From Escherichia phage vB_EcoM_G4498, in sequence record NC_054918.1: a stretch of DNA of 64,000 nucleotides; one strand, written 5' to 3'. A program made the position numbers and the translations under genes. Shown one piece after another: positions 20,531-39,285 of the stretch. The notes below the pieces were generated by a model, which ran no database searches, was not told where the DNA came from, and was given only the letters and a program-made list of their open reading frames with translations. How positions within the stretch are numbered: position 1 is the first letter of the stretch; each line of letters begins with the position of its first letter.

Positions 20531-21527
20531 TTCAAGTGTTATCTATCGTGCGATAGTTACTTCAAAATTTAGAACAGAAAAAATGTTGAATTTTTATAAT
20601 TCAATTGGGAGTGGTCCGGATAAAAACACTATCTTTATCACATTTGGAAGATCAGAACCGTGGTCATCAAATGAAAATGAGGTGGGCTTTGCTCCACCTT
20701 ATCCAACTGATTCTGTATTGGGTGTAACTGACATGTGGACTCATATGATGGGAACCGTAAAGGTTCTTCCATCTATGCTTGACGCAGTTATTCCTCGTCG
20801 AGATTGGGGAGATACTAGATATCCGGATCCATACACATTTAGAATTAACGATATTGTAGTGTGTAACTCAGCTCCTTACAACGCTACTGAATCAGGCGCA
20901 GGCTGGTTAGTATATCGTTGTTTAGATGTTCCTGATACCGGAATGTGCTCAATAGCATCTTTAACTGATAAGGATGAATGCCTTAAATTAGGCGGAAAAT
21001 GGACACCTTCTGTTAGGTCAATGACTCCTCCTGAAGGTCGAGGAGATGCTGAAGGAACAATTGAACCTGGGGACGGGTATGTATGGGAATATCTATTTGA
21101 GATTCCACCCGATGTATCTATAAATAGATGCACGAATGAATATATCGTGGTTCCTTGGCCTGAGGAATTAAAAGAAGACCCGACTAGATGGGGATATGAA
21201 GATAATCTCACTTGGCAACAAGATGATTTTGGATTAATTTACCGTGTTAAGGCAAATACTATCCGTTTTAAAGCATATTTAGATTCAGTTTATTTTCCTG
21301 AAGCTGCATTGCCAGGAAATAAAGGATTTAGACAAATATCAATAATCACGAATCCTCTTGAAGCTAAAGTTCATCCAAATGACCCAAACGTTAAAGCTGA
21401 AAAGGATTATTATGACCCAGAAGATTTAATGAGGCATTCGGGCGAAATGATTTATATGGAAAATAGGCCACCTATTATTATGGCAATGGATCAAACAGAA
21501 GAAATCAATATTCTGTTTACATTTTAA
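20523..21527 (+). CDS. 8: Baseplate wedge protein gp8
   Basis: 334 aa; synteny. Confidence 0.92.
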   Translation: MNDSSVIYRAIVTSKFRTEKMLNFYNSIGSGPDKNTIFITFGRSEPWSSNENEVGFAPPYPTDSVLGVTDMWTHMMGTVKVLPSMLDAVIPRRDWGDTRYPDPYTFRINDIVVCNSAPYNATESGAGWLVYRCLDVPDTGMCSIASLTDKDECLKLGGKWTPSVRSMTPPEGRGDAEGTIEPGDGYVWEYLFEIPPDVSINRCTNEYIVVPWPEELKEDPTRWGYEDNLTWQQDDFGLIYRVKANTIRFKAYLDSVYFPEAALPGNKGFRQISIITNPLEAKVHPNDPNVKAEKDYYDPEDLMRHSGEMIYMENRPPIIMAMDQTEEINILFTF

Positions 21528-21532
21528 ATTAA

Positions 21533-21556
21533 GGGAGCCCATGGGCTCCCTTTTTT
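21533..21556 (+). terminator. Intrinsic terminator after gene 8
   Basis: GGGAGCCC-ATGG-GCTCCC hairpin followed by TTTTTT. Confidence 0.7.
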
Positions 21557-21559
21557 CTT

Positions 21560-21567
21560 TATAAATA
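21560..21567 (+). promoter_or_regulatory. T4 late promoter TATAAATA (gene 9)
   Basis: exact TATAAATA about 25 nt upstream of gene 9 ATG. Confidence 0.65.
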
Positions 21568-21591
21568 TTATAAACTCATAAGGAAACCGCT

Positions 21592-22458
21592 ATGTTCATT
21601 CAAGAACCAAAGAAATTGATTGATACCGGCGAAATTGGTAACGCTTCTACTGGTGATATCTTATTCGACGGTGGTAATAAAATTAATAGTGATTTTAACG
21701 CAATTTATAATGCGTTTGGCGATCAGCGTAAAATGGCAGTAGCAAATGGCACCGGAGCTGATGGTCAAATTATCCATGCTACTGGATATTATCAAAAACA
21801 CTCTATTGCTGAGTATGCAACTCCAGTAAAAGTTGGCACTAGACATGATATTGATACCTCTACTGTAGGTGTTAAAGTTATCATTGAAAGAGGAGAACTT
21901 GGCGATTGTGTTGAATTCATTAACTCTAATGGATCAATATCAGTTACTAATCCTTTAACGATTCAGGCTATTGATTCAATTAAAGGTGTTTCAGGTAATT
22001 TGGTAGTAACTACTCCATATAGTAAAGTTACTTTACGCTGTATTTCATCTGATAATTCTACGTCGGTTTGGAATTATTCTATTGAAAGCATGTTTGGTCA
22101 AAAGGAATCACCGGTTGAAGGTACGTGGAATATTTCTACATCTGGATCAGTTGACATTCCATTGTTTCATCGCACTGAATATAACATGGCTAAATTGTTA
22201 GTTACATGCCAGTCAGCAGATGGAAGAAAAATTAAAACAGCAGAAATAAATATTCTTGTGGATATTGTTAATTCAGAGGTCATTTCTTCTGAATATGCTG
22301 TCATGCGAGTTGGGAATGAAACCGAAGAAGACGAAATCGCTAATATTGCATTTAGTATTAAAGAAAATTATGTAACGGCGACTATAAGTTCTTCAACTGT
22401 CGGTATGAGAGCAGCAGTTAAAGTTATCGCTACGCAGAAAATCGGGGTGGCTCAATAA
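21592..22458 (+). CDS. 9: Baseplate wedge / long tail fibre socket gp9
   Basis: 288 aa; synteny. Confidence 0.92.
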   Translation: MFIQEPKKLIDTGEIGNASTGDILFDGGNKINSDFNAIYNAFGDQRKMAVANGTGADGQIIHATGYYQKHSIAEYATPVKVGTRHDIDTSTVGVKVIIERGELGDCVEFINSNGSISVTNPLTIQAIDSIKGVSGNLVVTTPYSKVTLRCISSDNSTSVWNYSIESMFGQKESPVEGTWNISTSGSVDIPLFHRTEYNMAKLLVTCQSADGRKIKTAEINILVDIVNSEVISSEYAVMRVGNETEEDEIANIAFSIKENYVTATISSSTVGMRAAVKVIATQKIGVAQ

Positions 22459-24263
22459 TGAAACAAAATATTAATATCGGTAATGTTGTAGATGATAGTA
22501 CCGGTGACTACCTGCGTAAAGGTGGTATAAAAATAAATGAAAACTTTGATGAGCTTTATTACGAGCTTGGTGACGGTGATGTTCCATATTCAGCTGGTGC
22601 CTGGAAAACTTATAATGCTTCATCAGGACAAACATTAACAGCAGAATGGGGAAAATCATATGCCATTAACACTTCATCTGGAAGAGTAACTCTACAACTT
22701 CCTAAAGGAACTGTTAATGATTATAATAAAGTAATTAAAGCTAGGGATGTATTTGCAACATGGAATGTTAATCCAGTTACTCTAGTAGCCGCTTCTGGTG
22801 ATACTATTAAAGGATCATCGTCATCAGTTGAAATTAATGTTCAATTTAGCGATTTAGAATTAGTTTATTGTGCTCCAGGACGTTGGGAATATGTCAAAAA
22901 CAAACAAATTGACAAAATTATTAGTTCAGATATTAGTAATGTAGCACGTAAAGAATTTTTAGTCGAAGTTCAAGGACAAACAGACTTTTTAGATGTTTTC
23001 CGTGGAACTAGCTATAATGTTAATAACATCCGAGTAAAACACCGTGGTAATGAATTATATTACGGCGATGTATTTAGTGAAAACAGTGACTTTGGCTCTC
23101 CCGGAGAAAATGAAGGAGAATTGATTCCTCTTGATGGATTTAATATTAGGTTAAGACAGCCTTGTAATATTGGTGACACTGTTCAAATTGAAACATTTAT
23201 GGATGGTGTATCACAATGGAGAAGTTCATATACAAGACGCCAAATAAAAGTACTGGATTCAAAACTAACGTCAAAAACGTCTTTAGAAGGAAGTATTTAC
23301 GTTACTGATTTATCAACAATGAAATCAATTCCATTTTCTGCATTTGGATTAATTCCTGGAGAACCTATTAATCCTAATTCTCTTGAAGTTCGTTTTAATG
23401 GAATTTTACAACAACAAGCTGGAACAGCAGGATATCCTCTGTTTTTGTGTGAAGGTGCTAACTCAGATACGCAAGCAGGATGTATATCTCTTGGTGGTGA
23501 ATGGAAAGAATCGAACACAGATTATTCTATAGAATATGAAGATGGAAAACCTGTCAGTCTTTTATTTGATAGAAAATTTGAATCAGGTGATATAATCGTT
23601 ATAACATGGTTTAATAATGATTTAGGAACTCTTTTAGAAAAAGATGACATTATTGAATTAACTGATGACCGTTATGTTAGTAAAGGATCATCTACTGAAG
23701 TTACTGGGGATGTAGCCTTAACAGATTTTGATAAAATCGGTTGGCCAAATGTTGAAAAAGTTGATTCTTATACTAGAACGTATAATTCAATATCATCTAT
23801 TTTCGACAGCATTTATCCTGTTGGTTCAATTTATGAAAATGCTATAAACCCAAATAATCCGGTGACTTATATGGGATTTGGTTCATGGAAATTATTTGGT
23901 AAAGGACAAGTTTTAGTAGGATGGAATGATGATGTTACGGATCCAAACTTTGCTTTAAACAATAATGATTTAGATTCTAGCGGAAATCCTTCACATACTG
24001 CCGGTGGAACAGTTGGTACAACATCAGTAACGCTTGAAAACGCAAATCTTCCTGCGACTAAAACTGATGAAAGAGTTTTAATTGAAGACGAAAATGGATC
24101 AGTTATTATTGGAGGATGTCAATATGACCCAGACGAAACTGGTCCTATATATACAAAATATCGTGAAGACTACGCAACAACAAACTCTTCACATACTCCT
24201 CCTACTAATATTAGTAATATTCAACCGTCTATTACTGTATACCGTTGGATAAGGATTGCATAA
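22458..24263 (+). CDS. 10: Baseplate wedge protein gp10
   Basis: 601 aa; synteny. Confidence 0.92.
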   Translation: MKQNINIGNVVDDSTGDYLRKGGIKINENFDELYYELGDGDVPYSAGAWKTYNASSGQTLTAEWGKSYAINTSSGRVTLQLPKGTVNDYNKVIKARDVFATWNVNPVTLVAASGDTIKGSSSSVEINVQFSDLELVYCAPGRWEYVKNKQIDKIISSDISNVARKEFLVEVQGQTDFLDVFRGTSYNVNNIRVKHRGNELYYGDVFSENSDFGSPGENEGELIPLDGFNIRLRQPCNIGDTVQIETFMDGVSQWRSSYTRRQIKVLDSKLTSKTSLEGSIYVTDLSTMKSIPFSAFGLIPGEPINPNSLEVRFNGILQQQAGTAGYPLFLCEGANSDTQAGCISLGGEWKESNTDYSIEYEDGKPVSLLFDRKFESGDIIVITWFNNDLGTLLEKDDIIELTDDRYVSKGSSTEVTGDVALTDFDKIGWPNVEKVDSYTRTYNSISSIFDSIYPVGSIYENAINPNNPVTYMGFGSWKLFGKGQVLVGWNDDVTDPNFALNNNDLDSSGNPSHTAGGTVGTTSVTLENANLPATKTDERVLIEDENGSVIIGGCQYDPDETGPIYTKYREDYATTNSSHTPPTNISNIQPSITVYRWIRIA

Positions 24264-24922
24264 TGAGTTTACTTAATAATAAAGCGGGAGTTATTTCCCG
24301 CTTAGCAGATTTTCTTGGTTTTAGAACTAAGAAAAATGATATTTCGGTTATGAATAATCAGCCGGTAGGCGCTGTAACAATTTCACAAATAGCAAAAGGT
24401 TTTTATGACTCAAATGTAGAATCTGCTATCAATGATGTTAGAAATATGGCAGAGCAACAGGTTGGAGCTGTATTAATTAATATAAGCGGCGTATCTCCTA
24501 CTGGCGTGCAACAAACCGACTATTGGTCATTTGAAGGAACTGTTACTGATACTTCAGCCAAACCAGGTGACCCAGTTATTGTTAACATGTTTGGTATTCC
24601 AGTTAAAGCTACTAATGGAATGACTTCAATTGAATTTACTAGTGCTGTTAGAACAGCTCTACAGGAAATGGTTGTAAAATTTATTGCAATTGATTCATTT
24701 GAAGACCATCCTACCATAGGGAATAAAATACAAGTTAAGTATTTAGATAACCAAGAACATATCTTAGAACAATACTCTGATAAAGGAATTACTTTCAAAC
24801 AAGAAATAATTTCTCCTTCTAAACCCGGGTATGGAACTTGGCAATTATTAGGTGCGCAAACTGTTACGCTAGATAGTCACACACAACCTACAGTATTTTA
24901 TTATTTTGAGAGAATAGCATGA
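24263..24922 (+). CDS. 11: Baseplate wedge / short tail fibre attachment gp11
   Basis: 219 aa from ATG 24263 (TAATG overlap with gene 10, AAGGA RBS); track start at 24245 overlaps gene 10. Confidence 0.9.
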   Translation: MSLLNNKAGVISRLADFLGFRTKKNDISVMNNQPVGAVTISQIAKGFYDSNVESAINDVRNMAEQQVGAVLINISGVSPTGVQQTDYWSFEGTVTDTSAKPGDPVIVNMFGIPVKATNGMTSIEFTSAVRTALQEMVVKFIAIDSFEDHPTIGNKIQVKYLDNQEHILEQYSDKGITFKQEIISPSKPGYGTWQLLGAQTVTLDSHTQPTVFYYFERIA

Positions 24923-26469
24923 GTAACAATACATATCAGCACGTATCAAATGAATCAAAATATGTTAAATTCGATCCAGTAGGATCGAATTTTCCTGGCA
25001 CTGTTACGACAGTACAGTCTGCATTATCAAAAATAAGTAATATCGGCGTAAATGGTATTCCTGATGCAACTATGGAAGTTAAAGGAATAGCAATGATTGC
25101 ATCAGAGCAAGAGGTTTTAGATGGAACAAATAATTCTAAAATCGTTACACCAGCTACATTAGCAACAAGATTATTGTATCCAAATGCTACTGAAACTAAA
25201 TATGGTTTAACGCGCTATTCAACAAATGAAGAAACATTAGAAGGCTCAGATAATAATTCATCAATAACGCCGCAAAAACTGAAATACCATACTGATGATG
25301 TGTTCCGAAATAGATATTCATCTGAGTCATCAAACGGGGTTATTAAAATATCATCTACGCCTGCGGCTTTGGCTGGTGTTGATGATACTACGGCGATGAC
25401 TCCGCTAAAAACCCAAAAACTCGCAATAAAATTAATTTCACAAATAGCTCCTTCCGAAGATACTGCATCAGAATCTGTGAGAGGTGTGGTTCAATTATCA
25501 ACTGTTGCGCAAACTCGTCAAGGAACTCTCCGCGAAGGATATGCAATTTCTCCGTATACCTTTATGAATTCTGTTGCAACACAAGAATATAAGGGTGTTA
25601 TACGTTTAGGAACACAATCGGAAATTAACAGTAATTTAGGAGATGTTGCAGTAACAGGTGAAACACTAAATGGTCGAGGAGCTACTGGTTCTATGCGTGG
25701 AGTAGTTAAATTAACGACGCAAGCCGGTATTGCCCCTGAAGGTGATAGTTCTGGAGCATTAGCGTGGAACGCAGATGTAATTAATACGCGTGGTGGACAA
25801 ACTATTAATGGTTCTTTAAATTTAGACCATCTTACAGCAAATGGAATTTGGTCACGCGGTGGAATGTGGAAAAATGGCGATCAACCTGTTGCCACTGAAA
25901 GATATGCGTCCGAACGAGTTCCGGTTGGAACTATTATGATGTTTGCGGGTGATTCAGCACCTCCAGGTTGGATTATGTGTCATGGTGGAACCGTGTCAGG
26001 TGACCAATTTCCTGATTATAGAAACGTAGTTGGAACAAGATTTGGTGGCGATTGGAATAATCCTGGCGTTCCTGATATGCGAGGTCTTTTCGTCAGAGGA
26101 GCTGGCACAGGCGGTCATATTTTAAATCAACGAGGACAAGATGGTTATGGAAAGGATAGACTTGGCGTAGGATGTGACGGAATGCATGTTGGTGGTGTTC
26201 AAGCACAACAAATGTCATACCATAAACACGCCGGTGGTTGGGGGGAATATAACAGAAGTGAAGGCCCATTTGGCGCGTCTGTTTATCAAGGATATCTTGG
26301 AACTAGAAAATATGCCGACTGGGATAATGCTTCATACTTCACTAATGATGGATTTGAATTAGGCGGACCGAGAGATGCCCTTGGTACACTTAATCGTGAA
26401 GGATTAATTGGTTATGAAACTAGACCATGGAATATATCATTAAACTATATTATTAAAGTTCATTACTAA
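24919..26469 (+). CDS. 12: Short tail fibre protein gp12
   Basis: 516 aa; synteny; repetitive beta-rich N-terminal region. Confidence 0.9.
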   Translation: MSNNTYQHVSNESKYVKFDPVGSNFPGTVTTVQSALSKISNIGVNGIPDATMEVKGIAMIASEQEVLDGTNNSKIVTPATLATRLLYPNATETKYGLTRYSTNEETLEGSDNNSSITPQKLKYHTDDVFRNRYSSESSNGVIKISSTPAALAGVDDTTAMTPLKTQKLAIKLISQIAPSEDTASESVRGVVQLSTVAQTRQGTLREGYAISPYTFMNSVATQEYKGVIRLGTQSEINSNLGDVAVTGETLNGRGATGSMRGVVKLTTQAGIAPEGDSSGALAWNADVINTRGGQTINGSLNLDHLTANGIWSRGGMWKNGDQPVATERYASERVPVGTIMMFAGDSAPPGWIMCHGGTVSGDQFPDYRNVVGTRFGGDWNNPGVPDMRGLFVRGAGTGGHILNQRGQDGYGKDRLGVGCDGMHVGGVQAQQMSYHKHAGGWGEYNRSEGPFGASVYQGYLGTRKYADWDNASYFTNDGFELGGPRDALGTLNREGLIGYETRPWNISLNYIIKVHY

Positions 26470-26478
26470 GGATTACAA

Positions 26479-27936
26479 ATGATTGAATTAAAAGATTTAC
26501 CTTTTGTTGATAGCGTTCCTGATGAAGGTCAGGAACGTATTTCATGGATTAAAAATGGTGAAGAAATACTAGGAGCTAGCACTAAGTATGGAAACGATGG
26601 ATCAATGAATAGACCAATTGTTTCCGTGTTTAAAAATGTTGAGGTTCTTGACGAAAATATAGGAATTCTTAAAACTGCCATTGAAACATCGCAGAAAGAT
26701 ATTAAAACAATTCAAGGAGTTTTAGATGTATCAGGAGATATAGAAGCACTATCGCAGATCAGTGTTAATAAAAATGACATATCAAATTTAAAGACACTTA
26801 CTAATGAACACACTGATATATTAACTGGAACTAATAATACAGTTGACAAAATTATTGCTGATATAGGTCCATTTAATGATGAAGAAAACTCTGTTTATAG
26901 AACAATTAGAAATGATTTATTGTGGATTAAACAAGAACTAGGGCAATATTCTGGCCAAGACATTAACGGTCTTCCTGTTGTTGGTAATGCTAGCACAGGA
27001 ATGAAACATAGAATAATAACAAATAGTACATTATTATCTTCACAAGGCATTCGTTTAAGTGAATTAGAAAATAAATTTACTGAATCTGACGTAGGATCAT
27101 TGACGGTTGAAGTTGGTAAATTACGCGATGAACTTGGTAATAAACCAGTAGATTTTGGACCAAATATTTATAATAGATTAAACACTATAGATGATAAACA
27201 AACTTTAATAAATTCTGATATAGCAGAAATTAAATCTTCTATTGGATACCCAGAAAATGTTTCTATAATAACAGAAATTAATAATAACAAAAGTAGCATT
27301 GAATCTATTAATAATGAATTAAATCAGAGTGAAGGTGTTAAACAGCGCTTAACGGCTATTGAAACTTCTATAGGTTCAGATGATATTCCTTCTAGTATTA
27401 AAGGAAAAATTAAAAATCACACAACTTCTATTGAGTCTTTAAACGGAATTGTTGGTGAAAACACTTCGTCTGGTTTAAGAGCGAATGTTTCGTGGTTAAA
27501 TCAAATTGTTGGAACTGACTCCAGCGGAGGACAACCGTCTCCTTCTGGATCTCTATTAAATAAAGTTTCAGTGCTTGAAGGAGAAGTTTCAGTTTTAAAC
27601 AATAATGTTCAAAATATACAAGTTGAAATAGGAAATAATAGAACAGGAATTAAAGGTCAAGTTATTGAACTTACTTCACTTATAAATGGAAATAATCCTG
27701 ACGGATCAACTGTTGAAGAACGAGGATTAACTAATTCTATAAAAACGAATGAAACTAACATTGCGGCAGTCACGCATGAAGTAAATACAGCTAAAGACAA
27801 TATATCCTCTTTACAGAGCAGCGTTCAAGCTCTACAAGAAGCGGGTTATATTCCTGAAGCTCCAAAAGATGGCCAAGCTTACGTTCGTAAAGACGGCGAA
27901 TGGGTACTACTTTCTACCTTTTTATCACCAGCATAA
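26479..27936 (+). CDS. wac: Fibritin (whisker antigen control)
   Basis: 485 aa coiled-coil protein with C-terminal foldon-like [27 protein letters not shown]. Confidence 0.92.
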   Translation: MIELKDLPFVDSVPDEGQERISWIKNGEEILGASTKYGNDGSMNRPIVSVFKNVEVLDENIGILKTAIETSQKDIKTIQGVLDVSGDIEALSQISVNKNDISNLKTLTNEHTDILTGTNNTVDKIIADIGPFNDEENSVYRTIRNDLLWIKQELGQYSGQDINGLPVVGNASTGMKHRIITNSTLLSSQGIRLSELENKFTESDVGSLTVEVGKLRDELGNKPVDFGPNIYNRLNTIDDKQTLINSDIAEIKSSIGYPENVSIITEINNNKSSIESINNELNQSEGVKQRLTAIETSIGSDDIPSSIKGKIKNHTTSIESLNGIVGENTSSGLRANVSWLNQIVGTDSSGGQPSPSGSLLNKVSVLEGEVSVLNNNVQNIQVEIGNNRTGIKGQVIELTSLINGNNPDGSTVEERGLTNSIKTNETNIAAVTHEVNTAKDNISSLQSSVQALQEAGYIPEAPKDGQAYVRKDGEWVLLSTFLSPA

Positions 27937-27939
27937 CAT

Positions 27940-27955
27940 GGGGCCGCAAGGCCCC
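27940..27955 (+). terminator. GNRA-tetraloop hairpin after wac (GGGGCC-GCAA-GGCCCC)
   Basis: perfect 6-bp GC stem directly after the wac stop; no U-tract, so may be a stability element rather than a terminator. Confidence 0.4.
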
Positions 27956-27967
27956 AAAGGATTTTAA

Positions 27968-29669
<1,702 letters not shown>

Positions 29670-29710
29670 TAAATATTATAAACTAATTAAAGCCCAGATT
29701 AGGAGAAATC

Positions 29711-32851
<3,141 letters not shown>

Positions 32852-32879
32852 TATTAAAGCATATTAAAGAGGATTAAAA

Positions 32880-34859
32880 ATGACTTTATTATCTCCGGGC
32901 ATTGAGCTCAAAGAAACTACGGTTCAAAGCACCGTGGTTAATAACTCTACTGGTACAGCAGCTTTGGCCGGTAAATTCCAGTGGGGTCCTGCTTTTCAGA
33001 TTAAACAGGTTACAAACGAAGTAGATTTAGTTAATACTTTTGGTCAACCTACAGCTGAAACTGCTGACTATTTTATGTCTGCAATGAATTTCTTACAATA
33101 TGGAAATGATTTGCGAGTTGTGCGCGCTGTCGATAGAGATACCGCTAAAAACTCATCTCCGATTGCTGGTAATATTGAATACACAATTTCTACCCCAGGT
33201 AGTAACTACGCGGTTGGAGATAAAATCACGGTCAAATATGTTTCAGAAGATGTTGAAACAGAAGGTAAAATTACCGAAGTAGATGCTGATGGAAAAATTA
33301 AGAAAATTAATATTCCTACTGCAAAAATTATTGCTAAAGCTAAAGAAGTTGGCGAATACCCAACATTAGGTTCTAACTGGACTGCAGAAATTTCTTCATC
33401 TTCTTCCGGTTTAGCTGCAGTAATAACTCTTGGAAAAATTATTACTGATTCCGGTATTTTATTAGCTGAAATCGAGAGCGCTGAAACTGCTATGACAGCA
33501 GTTGATTTTCAGGCAAATCTTGAAAAATATGGAATTCCAGGAGTAGTAGCTCTCTATCCAGGCGAATTAGGCGATAAAATTGAAATTGAAATCGTATCTA
33601 AAGCTGACTATGCGAAAGGCGCTTCTGCATTACTGCCAATTTATCCAGGTGGTGGTACTCGTGCATCTACTGCCAAGGCAGTATTTGGATATGGGCCGCA
33701 GACTGACTCACAGTACGCTATTATAGTTCGTCGAAATGATGCTATTGTTCAAAGCGTTGTTCTTTCAACTAAGCGTGGTGAAAAAGATATTTACGATAGT
33801 AACATCTATATTGATGACTTTTTCGCAAAAGGTGGTTCAGAATATATTTTCGCAACTGCGCAAAACTGGCCAGAAGGCTTCTCTGGAATTTTAACTCTGT
33901 CTGGTGGATTATCATCAAATGCTGAAGTAACAGCAGGAGATTTGATGGAAGCTTGGGACTTCTTTGCTGACCGCGAATCTGTTGACGTTCAGTTGTTTAT
34001 TGCGGGTTCTTGTGCCGGTGAATCTCTTGAAACAGCATCTACTGTCCAAAAACATGTTGTTTCAATTGGTGATGCTCGTCAAGATTGCTTAGTATTGTGC
34101 TCACCTCCGCGTGAAACTGTAGTTGGAATTCCTGTAACTCGTGCAGTAGATAATTTAGTTAACTGGAGAACTGCAGCAGGTTCATACACTGATAATAACT
34201 TTAATATCAGTTCAACCTACGCAGCAATTGATGGTAACTACAAATATCAGTATGACAAATATAATGATGTGAATCGTTGGGTTCCATTAGCAGCTGATAT
34301 TGCTGGTTTATGCGCAAGAACTGATAACGTATCTCAGACTTGGATGTCTCCAGCTGGTTATAATCGTGGCCAGATTCTTAACGTTATTAAACTTGCTATT
34401 GAAACTCGCCAAGCTCAGCGCGACCGTTTATACCAAGAAGCTATTAATCCAGTAACTGGTACAGGTGGCGATGGTTACGTATTGTATGGTGATAAAACAG
34501 CTACTTCTGTTCCTTCTCCATTTGATCGTATTAACGTTCGTCGTCTGTTTAATATGTTGAAAACGAATATCGGACGTAGTTCAAAATATCGTTTGTTCGA
34601 ATTAAACAACGCGTTTACTCGTTCATCATTCCGCACAGAAACTGCCCAATACTTACAGGGAATTAAAGCTCTCGGTGGAATTTATGAATATCGTGTAGTT
34701 TGCGATACAACAAATAACACTCCGTCAGTAATTGATAGAAATGAGTTTGTTGCAACATTCTACATTCAACCGGCTAGAAGCATTAACTACATTACCTTGA
34801 ACTTCGTAGCAACTGCTACTGGTGCAGATTTCGATGAGTTAACTGGTCTTGCTGGTTAA
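32880..34859 (+). CDS. 18: Tail sheath protein gp18
   Basis: 659 aa; synteny. Confidence 0.95.
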   Translation: MTLLSPGIELKETTVQSTVVNNSTGTAALAGKFQWGPAFQIKQVTNEVDLVNTFGQPTAETADYFMSAMNFLQYGNDLRVVRAVDRDTAKNSSPIAGNIEYTISTPGSNYAVGDKITVKYVSEDVETEGKITEVDADGKIKKINIPTAKIIAKAKEVGEYPTLGSNWTAEISSSSSGLAAVITLGKIITDSGILLAEIESAETAMTAVDFQANLEKYGIPGVVALYPGELGDKIEIEIVSKADYAKGASALLPIYPGGGTRASTAKAVFGYGPQTDSQYAIIVRRNDAIVQSVVLSTKRGEKDIYDSNIYIDDFFAKGGSEYIFATAQNWPEGFSGILTLSGGLSSNAEVTAGDLMEAWDFFADRESVDVQLFIAGSCAGESLETASTVQKHVVSIGDARQDCLVLCSPPRETVVGIPVTRAVDNLVNWRTAAGSYTDNNFNISSTYAAIDGNYKYQYDKYNDVNRWVPLAADIAGLCARTDNVSQTWMSPAGYNRGQILNVIKLAIETRQAQRDRLYQEAINPVTGTGGDGYVLYGDKTATSVPSPFDRINVRRLFNMLKTNIGRSSKYRLFELNNAFTRSSFRTETAQYLQGIKALGGIYEYRVVCDTTNNTPSVIDRNEFVATFYIQPARSINYITLNFVATATGADFDELTGLAG

Positions 34860-34875
34860 TACGGTGCATTCTAAA

Positions 34876-34893
34876 GGCCTGTTTCGGCAGGCC
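34876..34893 (+). terminator. UUCG-tetraloop hairpin after gene 18
   Basis: GGCCTGT-TTCG-GCAGGCC stem-loop. Confidence 0.5.
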
Positions 34894-34894
34894 A

Positions 34895-34902
34895 TATAAA
34901 TA
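34895..34902 (+). promoter_or_regulatory. T4 late promoter TATAAATA (gene 19, distal)
   Basis: exact TATAAATA. Confidence 0.55.
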
Positions 34903-34953
34903 CACTATATCCTTAATTCTTTAATTCTATATGCCCTAGGTTAAACATAGGGA

Positions 34954-34961
34954 TATAAATA
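34954..34961 (+). promoter_or_regulatory. T4 late promoter TATAAATA (gene 19, proximal)
   Basis: exact TATAAATA about 15 nt upstream of the gene 19 ATG. Confidence 0.6.
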
Positions 34962-34975
34962 CTACAGAGGCTAAT

Positions 34976-35467
34976 ATGTTTGTAGATGATGTAACACGAG
35001 CGTTTGAATCTGGTGATTTTGCTCGACCTAACTTATTCCAAGTAGAAATTTCTTATCTTGGACAAAATTTTACATTCCAATGTAAAGCCACTGCTTTACC
35101 AGCTGGTATTGTAGAAAAAATTCCAGTCGGATTTATGAACCGTAAAATTAACGTAGCAGGCGATCGTACATTCGATGACTGGACTGTTACAGTAATGAAC
35201 GATGAAGCTCATGATGCTCGCCAGAAGTTTGTTGATTGGCAAAGCATTGCTGCTGGTCAAGGAAACGAAATTACTGGTGGAAAACCTGCAGAGTATAAAA
35301 AGAGCGCTATTGTTCGTCAATATGCTCGTGATGCTAAAACAGTAACAAAAGAAATTGAAATTAAAGGTCTGTGGCCTACTAACGTGGGTGAACTTCAATT
35401 AGATTGGGATTCAAACAATGAAATCCAAACCTTTGAAGTAACTCTTGCTCTCGATTATTGGGAATAA
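34976..35467 (+). CDS. 19: Tail tube protein gp19
   Basis: 163 aa; synteny. Confidence 0.95.
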   Translation: MFVDDVTRAFESGDFARPNLFQVEISYLGQNFTFQCKATALPAGIVEKIPVGFMNRKINVAGDRTFDDWTVTVMNDEAHDARQKFVDWQSIAAGQGNEITGGKPAEYKKSAIVRQYARDAKTVTKEIEIKGLWPTNVGELQLDWDSNNEIQTFEVTLALDYWE

Positions 35468-35474
35468 AATGAAT

Positions 35475-35488
35475 GGGGAGAAATCCCC
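35475..35488 (+). terminator. Hairpin after gene 19 (GGGG-AGAAAT-CCCC)
   Basis: inverted repeat directly after the stop codon. Confidence 0.4.
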
Positions 35489-35499
35489 ATCCTGCTTAA

Positions 35500-37124
<1,625 letters not shown>

Positions 37125-37125
<1 letters not shown>

Positions 37126-37364
37126 TGGAAGGTTTAATTGAAGCTATTAAATCAAACGACCTCGTAGCCGCTCGTAAATTATTTGCTGAAGCCATGGCTG
37201 CAAGAACGACTGATTTAATTAAAGAAGAAAAAATCGCTATCGCTCGTAATTTCTTAATCGAAGGTGAAGAACCTGATGACGAGGATGATGACGAAGACGA
37301 GGATAGTGATGATAAAGACGACAAAAAAGACAAAGACTCTGACGAAGACGAGGATGATGAATAA
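37125..37364 (+). CDS. 67: Prohead core protein gp67
   Basis: 79 aa with poly-acidic D/E C-terminus; synteny. Confidence 0.9.
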
Positions 37365-37789
37365 TGCTTCTGATCCCTGAAACTCATGAATTAGTTCTCG
37401 AGAATGTCGAAGCACTTATTCCTGAAGCACAGGGTCGCTTTGACGAATTGTCTTCTGCTTTAAATAAAGACGATATAAATACAATTGTCGAGAATATGCT
37501 TGATGATGAAACTGATTTAGCGGTTGCATTAGCTTCTATTAATGAAAATATGCCGTTAAATGAATTTATCGTTAAACATGTTTCTGCCCGTGGTGAAATT
37601 ACTCGCACTAAAGATCGCAAAACCCGCGAACGTAATGCATTTCAAACTACCGGGTTGTCTAAAGCAAAACGTAGACAAATTGCTCGTAAAGCTACCAAAA
37701 CGAAGATTGCCAATCCAGCAGGTCAATCTCGTGCTCAGCGTAAGCGTAAAAAAGCTCTTAAACGCCGTAAAGCATTAGGATTAAGCTAA
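37364..37789 (+). CDS. 68: Prohead core protein gp68
   Basis: 141 aa; synteny. Confidence 0.9.
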
Positions 37790-38427
37790 TGAATGAACCC
37801 CAATTACTAATTGAAACTTGGGGTCAACCTGGCGAAATTATTGATGGCGTACCAATGCTTGAATCTCATGATGGAAAAGACTTAGGTTTAAAACCGGGTT
37901 TATACATCGAAGGAATATTCATGCAAGCGGAAGTCGTCAATAGAAATAAACGTCTTTATCCAAAACGTATATTAGAAAAAGCGGTAAAAGACTATATTAA
38001 TGAGCAAGTTTTAACTAAACAAGCTCTCGGAGAATTAAATCATCCTCCACGCGCTAATGTTGACCCGATGCAAGCCGCTATCATTATAGAAGATATGTGG
38101 TGGAAAGGAAATGACGTATACGGACGAGCTCGTGTTATTGAAGGTGACCACGGTCCTGGAGATAAATTAGCAGCTAATATTCGTGCCGGATGGATTCCAG
38201 GAGTTTCTTCTCGTGGATTAGGTTCATTGACTGACACAAATAAAGGTTATCGTATCGTAAACGAAGGATTCAAATTAACTGTAGGTGTTGATGCAGTATG
38301 GGGTCCAAGTGCTCCAGATGCATGGGTAACTCCTAAGGAAATTACCGAATCACAGACGGCGGAAGCCGATACAAGTGCCGATGACGCCTATATGGCTCTC
38401 GCAGAGGCCATGAAAAAAGCGTTATAA
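37789..38427 (+). CDS. 21: Prohead core scaffold protein and protease gp21
   Basis: 212 aa; synteny 68-21-22-23. Confidence 0.95.
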   Translation: MNEPQLLIETWGQPGEIIDGVPMLESHDGKDLGLKPGLYIEGIFMQAEVVNRNKRLYPKRILEKAVKDYINEQVLTKQALGELNHPPRANVDPMQAAIIIEDMWWKGNDVYGRARVIEGDHGPGDKLAANIRAGWIPGVSSRGLGSLTDTNKGYRIVNEGFKLTVGVDAVWGPSAPDAWVTPKEITESQTAEADTSADDAYMALAEAMKKAL

Positions 38428-38457
38428 ATATTATTATCTAAACAACAGGACTACAAA

Positions 38458-39267
38458 ATGCTTAAAGAACAACTGATTGCCGAAGCGCAGAAAATTGATG
38501 CTTCCGTTGCTCTTGATAGTATTTTCGAATCAGTTAATATTTCTCCGGAAGCAAAAGAAACTTTCGGCACTGTATTCGAAGCTACCGTCAAGCAGCACGC
38601 CGTTAAATTAGCTGAATCTCATATCGCTAAAATTGCTGAAAAAGCAGAAGAAGAAGTAGAAAAAAATAAAGAAGAAGCAGAAGAAAAAGCTGAGAAGAAA
38701 ATCGCTGAGCAAGCTTCTAAATTCCTTGACCATCTTGCAAAAGAATGGCTCACTGAAAATAAATTAGCAGTAGATAAAGGTATCAAAGCCGAACTGTTTG
38801 AATCCATGCTTGGTGGATTGAAAGAGCTCTTCGTTGAACACAACGTTGTTGTTCCAGAAGAATCAGTTGATGTTGTAGCTGAAATGGAAGAAGAACTGCA
38901 AGAACATAAAGAAGAATCAGCTCGTCTGTTCGAAGAACTCAATAAGCGTGACGCATATATCAATTATGTGCAGCGTGAAGTGGCATTGAGCGAAAGTACT
39001 AAAGATCTGACTGAGTCTCAAAAAGAAAAAGTCTCTGCTCTGGTCGAAGGTATGGATTATTCAGATGCATTCTCAAGTAAATTGAGTGCAATCGTAGAAA
39101 TGGTGAAGAAATCTAATAAAGATGAAAGCACTATTACTGAGAGTATAAATACTCCTGATACTGAAGCAGCCGGACTGAATTTCGTCACTGAAGCTGTAGA
39201 AGATAAATCTGCACAAGGTGCAGAAGATATTGTAAGTGTATATGCGAAAGTCGCATCTCGTTTCTAA
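38458..39267 (+). CDS. 22: Prohead core scaffold protein gp22
   Basis: 269 aa acidic coiled-coil protein; synteny. Confidence 0.95.
   Translation: MLKEQLIAEAQKIDASVALDSIFESVNISPEAKETFGTVFEATVKQHAVKLAESHIAKIAEKAEEEVEKNKEEAEEKAEKKIAEQASKFLDHLAKEWLTENKLAVDKGIKAELFESMLGGLKELFVEHNVVVPEESVDVVAEMEEELQEHKEESARLFEELNKRDAYINYVQREVALSESTKDLTESQKEKVSALVEGMDYSDAFSSKLSAIVEMVKKSNKDESTITESINTPDTEAAGLNFVTEAVEDKSAQGAEDIVSVYAKVASRF
39144..39151 (+). promoter_or_regulatory. T4 late promoter TATAAATA inside the 3' end of gene 22 (P23-like)
   Basis: exact TATAAATA about 135 nt upstream of the gene 23 ATG. Confidence 0.6.
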
Positions 39268-39285
39268 TTTTAAAGGTTAACACAA

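Noticed and set aside
20876-21211. 111-aa minus-strand ORF
   Set aside because: Antisense within baseplate gene 8.
37270-37364. GAT/GAA-rich repetitive DNA resembling a short tandem repeat
   Set aside because: It encodes the acidic D/E tail of prohead core protein gp67 in frame; not a CRISPR or satellite repeat.
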